Notes: a model not told the origin generated them from the sequence alone. A stretch of 64,000 nucleotides of DNA from Octopus sinensis (GCF_006345805.1 NC_042997.1:146444001-146508000), one strand, 5' to 3'. Shown: positions 40,887 to 53,923, numbered from the stretch's first letter. Numbers and translations: made by a program.

Positions 40887-40974
40887 GATCTTTATGTGTG
40901 TGCATATGTGCGGGTGTATATGTGTATCTATGTATTCACCACGCATACAGTCTTACACACACATACATTAATTC

Positions 40975-41018
<44 letters not shown>

Positions 41019-41190
41019 TATCAAAATAAGCACAACAGATATCAAGAAGTGATGCACTATGACTATTTCAAGAGGCTCCATTTAATTGAATTTGTGTATA
41101 TATATATATATGTGCGTGTGTGTGTGTGTATACATACATATAATATATATATTATATATATATATATAATATATATATATATATTATATA

Positions 41191-41237
<47 letters not shown>

Positions 41238-42297
41238 CACATCACACACCACAAATTCACTCCAGATTTTTTTCAACTAAGGGATGAATTTTCTATATGA
41301 AATCATTCGCGATAAGTCTTTGAATGGGACGAAGGCGCTAAATAAATAGTTTTTATTCAACTCTTGTCTGCCTTTTTTTCTTAACATGTAAAATGTGTAC
41401 ACTCCTTCAAAACAATCTATACATATATACATACACAGACATAACCACACACACAGACACAACCACTCACACACAGACACACACATGCACATACACACAC
41501 ACGTACACACGTACGTACGTACATACATATATACATACATGTTAGATAACTGGAAATCTATATCAGCTTCAGTTTGAACTAAACTCGGAGTAGCGTGTCT
41601 CTTACATAATTCCATAAACTTCTGATAACACATTATCGATATCTGCCGAACTAATAATTTAAGCGAACGAAAGACGAAACCTCAACGTGGTCGCTAGATC
41701 TACTCAGAAATATATGCGGAATGCCCCTCATAATGCAACCGACAATATTACAAAGAAGCACATGTTGTATGTAGTGCTAAATACCACACATCCTCGCTTG
41801 AGGCTCTAAAAAATAGATTGCTCTGAAGCAGAGAGCAATACCAGAGCATCGAGCTAAATCCACTGAACTTACTGCTTTGTAGTCTGTTATCATATGACCA
41901 GATTACATCCATTACCATCTGATTTTCAAATTTCTCCCGGATTACTTTCCACTATCTTCTGTTGTTAAGTTTGCAAAATGCGGAAATGCTGACAGATAAA
42001 ATGTCTTTCACTAGATATCTGGTGGATTACAGGAGACATAAAACTAAAGCAACAGAGACATTAAAAGAAAGAGAAATATGCAATAATCCTTGAGAATTAT
42101 GTTTTGGCAAAAGTTCTTCAAAGTATTCTTTTCTACTCTAGGCAAAAGGCCCGCAGTTTTTGGGGAGGGTGCCAGTCAATTAGATCGACCCCAGTACGCA
42201 ACTGGTACTTAATTTATCGACTCCGAAAGGATGAAAGGCAAAGTCGATCCCTCGGCGGGATTAAAACGAGAATTTTTCAAATTATATCATATTGTTT

Positions 42298-42556
42298 ATC
42301 TTTTACTTGTTTCAATCATCAGACTGCAGACATGCTGGGGCACTGACTTGAACAACTTTAGTCAAACAAATCAACCCCAGTCCTTATTTTTACCTTAAGC
42401 CTGGTATTTATTCTATCTGTGTCTTTTTGCCGAACCGCTAACTTTGTCAAAGTGTGGTGGGGGATGAAACACAGACGCAAAGACAAGCGCACACAAGACA
42501 CACACACACACATATATATATATGTGTATATATATATGTGTGTGTGTATATATATA

Positions 42557-42590
<34 letters not shown>

Positions 42591-42825
42591 TGTGGTCTGT
42601 CTGTCTGTCTGTGTGTGTCTGTGTGTGTGTGTGTGTGTGTGTGCGTGTGTGAGTGTGTGTGTGTACGACGGACTTCTTTCGGTTTCTGTCTACCAAATCC
42701 ACTCATAAGGCTTTGGTCGGCCCGAAGCTATAGTCGATCGAAGACACATGCCCAATGTGCCACGCAATGGGATTGAGCTCAGAATCATGTGGTTGGGAAA
42801 CAAATTTCTTACCACACACCCACAC
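42298..42825 (-). mobile_element. SINE family B with greatly expanded internal CA/TA/TG array
   Basis: The 3' half (42298-42480) and 5' half (42665-42825) flank about 180 bp of simple repeats. Confidence 0.85.
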
Positions 42826-43070
42826 CTGAGGCTATAAAAAATTGATTGCTCTGAAGTAGAGATCAATACCAGAGCATCGAACTAAATCCACTGAACTACT
42901 TTGTAGTTTTGTAGTCTGTTAACTTATGACAAGAGAACACTCATTACTATCTGATCTTCAAATTTTTCCTGGATTGCCTTTCACCATCTTCTGTTGTTAA
43001 GTTTGTTGTATCACTACTGCTACCACTGCTGCTGTTTATTTCCCAAATCGTACTTGACTGAGCGTTCCTA

Positions 43071-43700
43071 TACGGGTGGGGTGGGGCTGAAAGTTCCTTG
43101 CTTTAAGGGCTGGTTGGAGGCCCAGCCTGCCGAGTTCTTTTATAGGGCTTAGAATAACTGAAGGACCGCTGCAATAAGTGTGTAAATCTGGGAGGGCAAT
43201 ATGTTGAATAAAACCATAATTAACTATAGGCGTAGGAGTGACTGTGTGGTAAGTAGTACCTTGCTTACCAACTACATGGTTCCGGGTTCAGTCCCACTGC
43301 GCGGCACTTTGGGTAAGTGTCTTCTACTATAGCCTCGGGCCGATCAAAGCCTTGTGAGTGGATTTGGTAGACGGAAACTGAAAGAAGCCTGTCGTATATA
43401 TGTCTATATGTATATGTATGTGTGTGTATATGTTTATGTGTTTCTGTTTGTCCTCTCCCCCAACATCGCTTGACTACCGATGGTGTGTTTACGTCCTCGT
43501 AACTTAGCGGTTCGGCAAAAGTGACCAGTAGAATATGTATTAGGCTTCCAAAGAATAAGTCCTGGGGTCAATTTGCTCGACTTAAGGCGGTGCTCCGGCA
43601 TGGCCGCAGTCAAATGGCTGAAACAAGTAAAAGAGTAAAAGAGTAATCCTCTTGTATTTTCTTTTATCCAAAGCCAGGAACTTTTCAGCACCCTCTCGTA
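43071..43700. mobile_element. MITE family M1 interrupted by a full-length SINE family B (43229-43645, +)
   Basis: The MITE sequence ...ATAATTAACT / ATCCTCTTGTATTTTC... rejoins across the SINE when compared with the uninterrupted copy at 48458-48677. Confidence 0.85.
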
Positions 43701-44196
43701 ACCATGGCCGCTCTGTCAATAATCACTCCGTCATTTTTTTCTGGAAGCATTGAACATTTAGGACTACATCACCCAATATGTTCATCTAGCAGGACAGCAA
43801 AGTATAATTTGAAGCACTTATTGATAGTTTAGTTCCTATTTCTAGCATGTAGAACGACCATTTAGATGTTCCCTCGTTAGCTCTTTCCTCCAGACGAGGT
43901 AGAAATACGTGACAAGCATTAACATACGGAAGCGACGTACATCTATAAAAATAAAATAACGGTGTCTTTCTATTTTACAACTTGTACAGTAACCTTACAA
44001 TTATTTTATGGCCTGTAGTCATCCTCCTTTTCCTTCTATTTTTTCCCTTGTTTTGTTCTTTTCTCCCTTGGTATTGTACTCTTCCCTTAAAGGAAAATGG
44101 AAGGTAAGAAAAAGAAAGAGATGAAGGGAGAAAGGAGGACAGGAAAAAGGAAGCAGATGGAAAATAAAATAAAAAACAAGGAAGAGGAAAATATGA

Positions 44197-44236
<40 letters not shown>

Positions 44237-44270
44237 TAATAATAATAATAACAATAACAATAACAATAAC

Positions 44271-44302
<32 letters not shown>

Positions 44303-44787
44303 TAATAATAATAATAATGATAATAATAAAACGGAGAAATGAAAGAGAGAACATAAATGAAAGAAACCAAGAGAGAGAAAGATACAAGTCTGGATAATAA
44401 GAAAAGAAAGGTGAAAGGAAAGAAATAAAGGAAGAGAACTGTCACGTGTGAAAGAAGGAGGTAAGGGCGGAAAAAAGAACAAATAAGCAATGATGTAAAA
44501 AAAAGATAGAATAGAGCAAAACAGAAACAAAGAACGAGAAGAGTAAAATAGAAAGAAAGAAAAAAGAAAAGAAGGAAGGAAGGAAGACGAGATGGTCTTA
44601 GAGAAGAAACTAGAGAGTAAGGCTGATTTAATAAATAAAAGCTAATAATTGTAATGGAGTTTTGATTTTTTAATTTTTTTAAGAGTAAGACAGACTAGGA
44701 ACTAAGATGAAACGGCAGTAGTGTATGAGTATTTGTGCATATCCGTGGGTGTGTGTGTATGTGTGAACATGCGTGTGTGTATGTGCG

Positions 44788-44845
<58 letters not shown>

Positions 44846-45375
44846 TATATATAGTGCAAAAATTGATGACGACAATTACAACACGAAAGACTAGATGTAA
44901 AAATTTGTCGGTCAGTGAGACATTAACAAAAGTTAGCTGTCTTTAAACTTCAGGTTTCCAAGAAGTGAGAAGGAAAAGGTTTAGTGAAAAGGTTATGTAT
45001 GTATGTATTTATGAATGTATGTATGTACGTATGTATGTATGTATGTATGTATGTATGTATGTATGTATGTATGTATGGATGGATGGATGGATGGATGGAT
45101 GGATGGATGGGTAGGTGGGTGGATGGATGGATGGATGGATGTCTCATCATTACAATCATCATTAAACTGCATGAAGTAGATAGGTTGCCAGAGTCCAAAT
45201 CGGTTTTTATTCCAAGTTACTGGCCTCCTACAAGTGGTTGATGGCCACAAGTCATTCATACACATCATCACACACATATATATTAATGTGTGTGTATATA
45301 TATATATATATATATTTTATATATAATTTTTATACCTATATATATATAGTTAGTTAGACAGATGTGTATGTATGC

Positions 45376-45422
<47 letters not shown>

Positions 45423-45908
45423 CATGATTATGTCTTTGTATGTATGTATATTATATACTTTGACTAATATGTGTATATACATATGTATAAACATATACGT
45501 ATATACTTATGCTCTGTCTCTGTCTCGCCGTCTCTGTTTTCCTCCCAATCTTCCTCTCCCTCCTCTCTCTCTCTCCCTCACGCATACAAATGCTTATATA
45601 TATATATACACACACCGTGACTTTGTTTCTTTGACTTTTGTCATTATTACAGCTAACTGGTGGAACCTATTCATTTCGTTACGGATGTTTTACACTTCAT
45701 GTCGCCATGTCCCACGCACCATTAACCATTAACCACCACTGAGACTATTATTGTAATACCTACCGAATGTATGTATGTATGTATGTATGCTTGCATGTAT
45801 GCATGTACGTACGTATGTATGTGTGTATGTATGAATGTTTGTATGTATGTATGCATGTATGTATACATATATATATATATTCTTGACAGTAAGTATTTAT
45901 GCGCATGT

Positions 45909-45940
<32 letters not shown>

Positions 45941-46054
45941 ATTATACATAGATCATCTCTAGAGGTTTTCTCTTTATCTTGGTCCTCTTAATATGGATTT
46001 CTTCTTATTGCTATTATTATCATTGTCATCATCATTATTGTTGTCTTTCGATAA

Positions 46055-46560
46055 GGCGGTGAGCTGGCAGAATTGTTAAGGACGCCGAGCAAAATGCTTA
46101 GCAGCATTTCGCTTGTACTTACGTTCCGAGTTCAAATTCTGCCGAGGTTGACTTTACTTTTTATCCTTTCGGGTCGATAAATTAAATACCAGTAAAGCAC
46201 TGGGGTCGATTTAATCGACTGGTCCCTTCACATCAAATTTACGAAAAAGGATTATTGTTGACGTTCGATGTTGTAGAGCTAGGAGTATCATTATCACGCC
46301 GGAGAAAATAGTTACATTATTTCATCTCCTCTTTGCGTTTTGAGTTCAAATTCCACCGAGGCCGACTTTTTACTGTAGGCATCAGGCCTGAAATTTTACG
46401 GGAGAGGTCTAGTCGATCACATCGATCCTAGTATTTCCCCGAAAAAATGAAAGGCAATGGTCGATCTCGGCGAAATTTGAACTCAGAACGCAAAGGCGGA
46501 CGAAATACTGCTAAGCATTTTGACCAGCGTGCTAACAATTCCTCCAGATCGTCACCTTTA
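46055..46560. mobile_element. Cluster of SINE family A copies in both orientations
   Basis: Plus copies at about 46055-46245 and 46290-46370; minus copy at about 46385-46560. Confidence 0.8.
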
Positions 46561-46577
46561 CATAACATATATCATTT

Positions 46578-47147
46578 CCACTATAGGCACAAGGCCTGAA
46601 ATTTTGGAGAAAGTTGATTACATCGACCCCAGTACTGAACTGGTACTTAATTTTTCGACCCCGAAAAGATGAAAGGTAAAGTCGACCTCGGTGGAATTTG
46701 GTCTCAGAACGTAGCGGCAGATGAAATATCTATTTCTTTATTACCCACAAGGGGCTAAACACAGAGAAGACAAACAAGGACAGACAAACGGATTAAGTCG
46801 ATTACATCGACCCCAGTGCGTAAATGGTACTTATCTAATCGACCCCGAAAGGATGAAAGGCAAAGTCGACCTCGGCGGAATTTGAACTCGGAACGTAACG
46901 GCAGACGAAATACCTATTTCTTTACTACCCACAAGGGACTAAACACAGAGGGGACAGACAAGGACAGACAAACGGATTAAGTCGATTACATCGACCCCAG
47001 TGCATAACTGGTACTTAATTTATCGACCCAGAAAGGATGAAAGGCAAAGTCGACCTCGGCGGAATTTGAACTCAGAACGTAACGACAGACGAAATACGGC
47101 TACGCATTCCCCCCCCCGCGTGCTAACGTTTCTGCCAGCTCGCCGCC
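46578..47147 (-). mobile_element. SINE family A trimer, period 184 bp
   Basis: GAAATA anchors at 46723, 46907 and 47091. Confidence 0.9.
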
Positions 47148-48457
47148 TTTACATAACATATCATATCAAAGCAGAATAACTTAATTTCAGCTTCTAGTTT
47201 GAGGCAGCATTGTCCTTCTATAAGCATATACTATTAGTATAGTTGATGTAAGTTTACTTTTGTTTATTTCATTTTTCCCATTTCGAAGTCTACTTTTATT
47301 GTCGATGCCGTGTTTATTATAATTGTGACAAGCAGAAAGAACACATGAGATAAAGTAATCCTAGATAAACTTCCTGGATTTGAAAAATTATGATGATCAT
47401 GGCTGGATTGTCTTTGATCGTAGGTCTGCTCAATCAGAGTCACTCTTTACTGAAACAACATCAACAATATCTTATGTCATACATAAATACGTCTGCAAAT
47501 TAATTATTATATATATAATCGATTGAATTGGTTCTAACGTTTGCACCATGCTGATTGGGTGTTTTGTTGGGTCTCAAGGGACGAAAAAAGAAAACGTGGA
47601 ATTCGAACTCACACAGTAACAACAATAAATACAACACAAAACTTTGCCTAATGCGTTACTAACTCTTCCGCCTCACCGTCCTACCGAGAGCCACTTGCAA
47701 TTTTTCAACATCGTTCAAGGTAGCCTAACAGCGTGTTTGTTATGTAAATACGAAGCTAAAATTAGAAACTGTTAACTCTTGGTTATTTCCCAACCCTCCA
47801 TTCTTTACGTGATCGTTTCTTGGCCTTTTATTTATTTATTTTATTTTATTTTCATTTTATATTTCGTCTTTCATCTCCCTTTCCCTAGTTTACGATTCTT
47901 GTCACTGTTGTGTGGAAATTCACAGACAGATCTCGGTTTAATTACATTAGGTAACACAGACTTGTATAATAACAGTAAATAAATGTGCTGGAGCAGAGAT
48001 TAAATGTACTTCACTGATATCTTAAACAATCTTTCATCTTTGTGAAAGCCACTGTCAAACACTACCAGAAACAGAATCTGCTTTACAAACTTTATCGTAT
48101 TCATACAAACTGTCTTGTTAGGGTCCGCAGCAAATTTTAGACAGCAAGCCTTATTGTTTTCAAACAGCGCATACTAAAGAGAATTCTCTTGTAATTCTCT
48201 GTCAGCGAGCAAAAAACAAGTATTACTAAATAACGACATTAACGAGTTTAGCTTATATCGAAAGATCAAGTAACAGTTTAATGCAATGGGAAACTCCCCT
48301 TCCCATGTTATTGTCTTTGCTGTTGCTGTTTAGCCCCAGGTTGGCAAGCAACCACGCAAGAAAATTCATATTTGGAGTTGGAGTGATTCGTGTTTCTGCA
48401 CACAAAGCTTTTGCTTTGTTAGTCAACTTCGTAAACCAAACACTAGTATATAACATA

Positions 48458-48677
48458 TACGAAGGGGTGTTGAAAAGTTTCTGGCGTTAATGGTGTCGCG
48501 AAAGGCTTGGTTGGAGGCATAACCTTCCGAGTTCTTTTACGGGGCTTAGAAAAACTGAAGAACCGCTGTTATAAGTGTGTGAATTTGAGAGGGGAATATG
48601 TTGAATAAAATCATGATTAATCGATCCTCCTGTACTTTCTTTTACCCAAAATCAGGAACTTTCAGAACGCCGTTTAC
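48458..48677. mobile_element. MITE family M1, uninterrupted copy
   Basis: TACGAAGGGGTGTTGAAAAGTTTCTGGC...CAGGAACTTTCAGAAC. The interior resembles a mariner transposase C-terminus (KLKNRCYKCVNLRGEYVE*). Confidence 0.85.
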
Positions 48678-48684
48678 CTATATA

Positions 48685-49250
48685 TTGGTTTCAAATTTTG
48701 GTACAACGCCAACAATTCAGGGCAAGAGGTAATCGATTACATTGACCCCAATGTTTAACTGGTATTTCTTTTATCGACCCCGGGAAGATGAAAGGCAAAG
48801 TCGACCTTGACGGAAATTGAACTCAGGAGTCCGCCAGCTCGTCGCCTTGTTTTACCGGTATACTGGTTTCAAATTTTGACACAAGACTATCAGTTTAGTG
48901 GTTGGGTTAAGTCGATTACCCCGATTCCAGTATTTAAGTGGTACTTATTTCATCGACCCCCGATGCGGAAATTGAACTCAGAACGTAAAGACGAATGAAA
49001 TGCCACTAAGCATTTTGCCCAACTTATGATTCTTTTCTATTTTAGGCAGATGGTCTGAAATTTGGTGGGAGGGGGCCGGCCAGGTCGATTAGATCGATCC
49101 TCGTACGCATCTGGTACTTAATTTATCGACTCCGAAAGGATGAAAAGCAAAGTCGACCTCGGCAGAATTTGAACTCAGAAAGTAAAGACAGACGAAATAC
49201 CGCTAAGATTTTCGTTCGACGTGCTAACGTTTCTGCCAGATCACCACCTT
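48685..49250 (-). mobile_element. Three consecutive SINE family A copies
   Basis: Three GTCGATT...TCGAC...GAACTCAG units in the same orientation. Confidence 0.8.
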
Positions 49251-49339
49251 TGTTTACCAATACATTAATGAGAAAATATGCTTGCAGAAAATCAAACTAC
49301 GTGGGAGTGAAATTACTCAAGAATATTCATATATACTAT

Positions 49340-49858
49340 ACTAGCGAGACCCGTGGCTATTTCACGGAATTAATAGTAAATTTATTGGGTTATTTCTGAA
49401 AACTTTATCCAAAAACCTAAGGGCGTAACCTGTGTTTCGGTATCAAATGATAGTCGTTCATCTGTTAATCATTGAAAAGTGAAGAAAACTGGAATATGAT
49501 GATTACTTAATGCACTTTGTATATACACTGTATATACTTCATGCACAATTTTATAGGTTTAATACACAGCACTCACCCTCTTTATTTCCCCTTCTTAGCC
49601 ATACCTTTATTTCTCTCCCTTTTTTTCTTTTGCTCTTCGCCTTTCCCTTCAACTAATCACGTGAAAGCGTTACAGATGGGCTAAGTAACGGAGGAGAAAA
49701 ACTAAATTACACATTTCACTCACCACCACCCCTCTCTTCCCTCCCCTATCTCCTTTACCCCCCACGTATCACACACCTCTCCCCCTTTCAACTAATCACG
49801 TAGAAGCGTTATGGACGGGCTAAGTAACGGAGAAACAAGCAGAATTATTATAAGATTG
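49340..49858 (+). mobile_element. Possible non-autonomous Helitron/Helentron-like element with an internal duplicated motif
   Basis: Starts ATACTAGCGAGACCCGTGG. TTCAACTAATCACGT..AAGCGTTA...GGGCTAAGTAACGGAG occurs twice, about 140 bp apart. Family assignment is by resemblance only. Confidence 0.35.
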
Positions 49859-50135
49859 ATAGGCAGATCCATACATACACATATGCTTATAATTTTCTAA
49901 CACGCATACACTAACACACACAAATATATAGATAGAAAGCATCCTACACCATATACTGTTTATCTTTTATTTGTTTCTGTTATTGAACAACGGCCATGCG
50001 CAGATACTGCCTTCAAGTGTGCTGGTCGAACCAAATGACACAGTACTTACTTTTTAAAGCCTCGTAGTTTTATTTTTTTACCGAAACGCAATGTTATGGG
50101 GACATGAACAAGCCAACACCGGTTATGAAGACAAG

Positions 50136-50183
<48 letters not shown>

Positions 50184-50236
50184 CACACACACACACACAC
50201 GCACACAAACACAAAAGTATGTATATTCACAAAGAT

Positions 50237-50683
50237 TTTGAACTCAGAACGTAACGACAGACGAAATACCTATTTCTTTACCACCCACAAGGGGCTAGAC
50301 ACAGAGGGGACAAACAAGGACAGACAAACGGATTAAATCGATTACATCGATCCCAGTGCGTAACAGGTACTTAATTTATCGACCCCTAAATGATGAAAGG
50401 CACAGTCGACCTCGGCGGAATTTGAACTCAGAGCGTAACGGCAGACGAAATACCTATTTCTTTACCACCCACAAGGGGCTAGACACAGAGGGGACAACAA
50501 GGACAGACAAACGGATTAAGTCGATTACATCGACCCCAGTGCGTAACTGGTACTTAATTTATCGACCCCGAAAGGATGAAAGGCAAAGTCGAGCTCGCGG
50601 AATTTGAACTCAGAACGTAACGGTAGACGAAATACGGCTACGCATTTCGCCTGGCGTGTTAACGTGTCTGCCAGCTCGCCGCC
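50237..50683 (-). mobile_element. SINE family A concatemer (periods 184 and 182 bp)
   Basis: GAAATAC anchors at 50263, 50447 and 50629; same GAAATACGGCTACGCATT head variant as 46578-47147. Confidence 0.9.
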
Positions 50684-50971
50684 TTCCATCACTAAAATAT
50701 ACTAGATGCAATAAGGGTATAGCGGGTATTCTACATATGTAATGATTTCAGTTTCCTCTAGCAGTAAGCATAAACAAAAAAAAAGGAAGAAAGAAAACAA
50801 AAACGTAGTTTAAAGGTCAAGTTCAAGCCATAACTGCTTGCAAGACTAGATGGGACGTCAGTTTGTCACAGGATAACTCATTTTGGCCAGCTAAGTGAAC
50901 TAGGGCAACCAGTAGCGAAGTTTAGGAATGGAAGTCGCAATCTTACGATCACGTGTCTTGACGCAATAGGC

Positions 50972-51359
50972 AGACGCAAGAGTGGCTGTTTGATAAGAAG
51001 CTTGCTTCCTAACCACATGGTTTCGGGTTCAGTCCCACTGCGTGGTACCTTGGGCAAATGTCTTCTACTATAGTCTCGGGTCAACCGAAGCCTTCTGAGC
51101 GGATTTGGTAGACGGAAACTGAACGAAGCCCGTCGTATATCTATCTATATATATATATGTATATATTTGTGTGTGTCTGTTTGTCCTCCCACAATAACTT
51201 GACAACCGATGTTGGTGTGTTTACATCCCCGTAACTTATCAGTTCGGCATCAGAGACCGACAGAATAAGTACTAGGCTTACAAAGAATAAGTCCTGGGGT
51301 CGATTTGTTCGACTAAATGCGGTGCTTCAGCATGGCTGCAGTCAAATGACTGAAACAAG

Positions 51360-51363
<4 letters not shown>
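50972..51363 (+). mobile_element. SINE family B, full length
   Basis: GAGTGGCTG head, GGTTCAGTCCC, CCTTGGGCAAATGTC and GACTGAAACAAGTAAA end. Confidence 0.9.
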
Positions 51364-51440
<77 letters not shown>

Positions 51441-52046
51441 TACCTTTGTACATCCCCGTAACGTAGCTGTTTGACAAAAGAGACCAATGCAATAAGTACC
51501 AGGCTTTCAAAATTGTACTTTGGAATATTGTTCTTAAAAAGAAGAGAAGAAAACATTTTCAAATTCACCTAAGATCCATGAGAGGCAATAGCATAGCCGA
51601 ACTGTTAACGCGTCAGACAAAATTATTAACGGTATTTTTTCTGGCTCTTTATGTTCTAAGTTCACATCCTGCCGAGGTGAACTTTGCCTTCCATTCGATC
51701 TAATAAAATACCAGTCAAGTACTGGGGATCAATGTTATCGACTTGGTCCCGCCACATGCCCTTGAAAAATTCCTGGCCTTGAACACTGCGTCATATTGGG
51801 AGTTCAGTCACTTGTATGATATGGAAATCCGGTAACCAATGTTATGAGTCCTAGGGCGCAATAAAAATTTTAATAAATGGTCGGGAAGACGGCAAAGTTG
51901 TTTGAGAGTCGAAAAGGAAATGATGTATTTGTTACCGGTTTTTTAACGTTCTGTGCTCAAATCCTACCAAGGTCAGCTATATATTTTATCCTTTCAGTGT
52001 CGATAAAATAAAATACCAGTCAAGTACTGAAGTCGATGCTATCGGC

Positions 52047-52196
52047 AACCCTCTTTAACTTCAAAATTACTGGCTCTGTGCTTAAATAAATAATATTTAT
52101 TTTTAAGTACAAACGACAATAAACCCTCTTTAACTTCAAAATTACTGGCTCTGTGCTTAAATAAATAATATTTATTTTTAAGTACAAACAACAATA
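52047..52196 (+). repeat. 75-bp tandem duplication
   Basis: 52047-52121 versus 52122-52196 differ at one position. Confidence 0.95.
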
Positions 52197-52379
52197 AAGG
52201 TACGAAGGTTGGCTTAATCTGTCATATGTCTACCAAGATACTCACTGGAAATGTAACCAAATGAGCTTTATTTTCATCATAGTCCCCCTTGATATTTCAC
52301 TCACTTATGAACTAACGACGAACAAATATCAGAATCAAAGACGGTCTTCTAAATTAGCATGATGGGAAAAGACACCTTT

Positions 52380-52692
52380 ATGCCATGAGTGACCAAGGGA
52401 TTGCACCTAGAAAGTTCCCCTCGAGGCACAAGTCCAGGCTAGGCTGTTTATGGAAAACCAGTGGTCACCCATGCATACCAGCCTCCTCTCTCCATGCCAT
52501 TGAGGTTATCCGAGTGAAAGGCAAAGACCGATACAGTGTTGGCACCGGTGACGTCGCAACTCATTCCCATAGATGAATGAAATGGGGCAACGTGAAATAA
52601 AATGTCTTGCTCAAGAACACAACACACAGCCCGGTCCACGATTCGAACTCACTACCTAATGATTGTAAACGCGACGCTCTAACTACTGAGCC
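52380..52692 (-). mobile_element. tRNA-derived SINE, family C-like
   Basis: Minus strand: GGCTCAGTAGTTAGAGCG, GAGTTCGAATCG B box, TTGTGTTCTTGAGCAAGACATTT centre. Confidence 0.75.
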
Positions 52693-52965
52693 CACTCTAT
52701 TACTAACATGATATACAAAGTCTTTTATCAGAAGGAAACAAAAGTGACGAGCGTTCGAGGGGTATAACTAAATCGAACTGGTTTGATAACCACAAAGAAT
52801 GGACTAAACTATAACACGGTGAATGTCTAAGAATGGCAGAGAAAATACCCGAATGGCTCTCCTTGATATTGAACCTTCGGAGAGCAGATAACACCTAATG
52901 ATAATATTGGTTAGTAACGGTATAATTAATAAATAAATAATTCAAATCATTTGATATAAAGTGAT

Positions 52966-53197
52966 ACTCTTTTATTTGTTTCAGTCAGTTCACGGTAGCC
53001 ATGCTGGAGCACCACCTTTTGTTGAACAATCGACCCCGGAACTTATTCTTTGTAAGCCTAATACTAATTCTATCCGTTTCTTTTGCCGAACTTATTTCTT
53101 AAGCTTAATACTAATTCTATCGGACTATTTTAGCAAACCGCTAAGAAACGTGGACGTAAACATATTGACACCGGTTGACAACCGGTGATAGGGGGAC
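52966..53197 (-). mobile_element. SINE family B 3' half with a small internal duplication
   Basis: AAGC(C/T)TAATACTAATTCTATC is present twice. Confidence 0.8.
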
Positions 53198-53301
53198 TGA
53201 GAAAGGATGAGAAAGGCGCGATCCAGAGAGGAGTGGACAGTGTGCTGTGACCAACGGTGTCAAATGGATGCCCGACGGACTGGTCGGTCAAGGTGATCAA
53301 G

Positions 53302-53338
<37 letters not shown>

Positions 53339-53923
53339 GTATATGTATATATATATATTCATACATTCATAGATACATACATACATACATACATACATAC
53401 ACCTAAGTGGGGGTAAGTCAATATAATCTAACATACATGAGAGGATATACACACAAGGATTACGATTAAAATTATAATAGCTATAAATACCAAAGATCCA
53501 TTTATACACACGCGACGAGCTGTTTCCGTCTACTAAATTTGTCTGTGGTAGAAAGTACAGTGCAGGATGATCAAAATAAGAGCCATGAGGTTGTAAAGCA
53601 AAATTACTAATTACACAACCATGACTATTATTTGATTGATTTTTATTTTAGTAAAACGAAATAAATCACGTTCTCTTTTGTATATCTATGCGATTATGTT
53701 TAGAGAATGCGAATCAGCAGTTCTCCGTTTTCTTTTATTTATTAATACTTTTTGCATATATGCGTAGCTGAGTGGTAAGAAGTTTGATTCCAAACTGCGT
53801 GACGCCTTGGTTAACTGTCTTCTGTATATCACCCATCATGTATGTATGCATGTATATATGTATGTATTTATGTATTTATGTATGTATGTATATATACATA
53901 CACACACACACACATTATATATA

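Noticed and set aside
41930-41975. NLTTEDSGK, resembling an immunoglobulin DxGxYxC motif, on the minus strand
   Set aside because: Followed by a stop, and the duplicate copy reads NLTTEDGER; no Ig context.
42300-42325. CUGAUGA-UU-GAAACAAGUA on the minus strand as a hammerhead
   Set aside because: A chance variant of the SINE B 3' end (CAAATGACTGAAACAAGTA); no stem II.
46578-47147. CRISPR-like regular repeats
   Set aside because: The units are whole 184-bp SINE copies without unique spacers, in a eukaryotic context with no cas genes.
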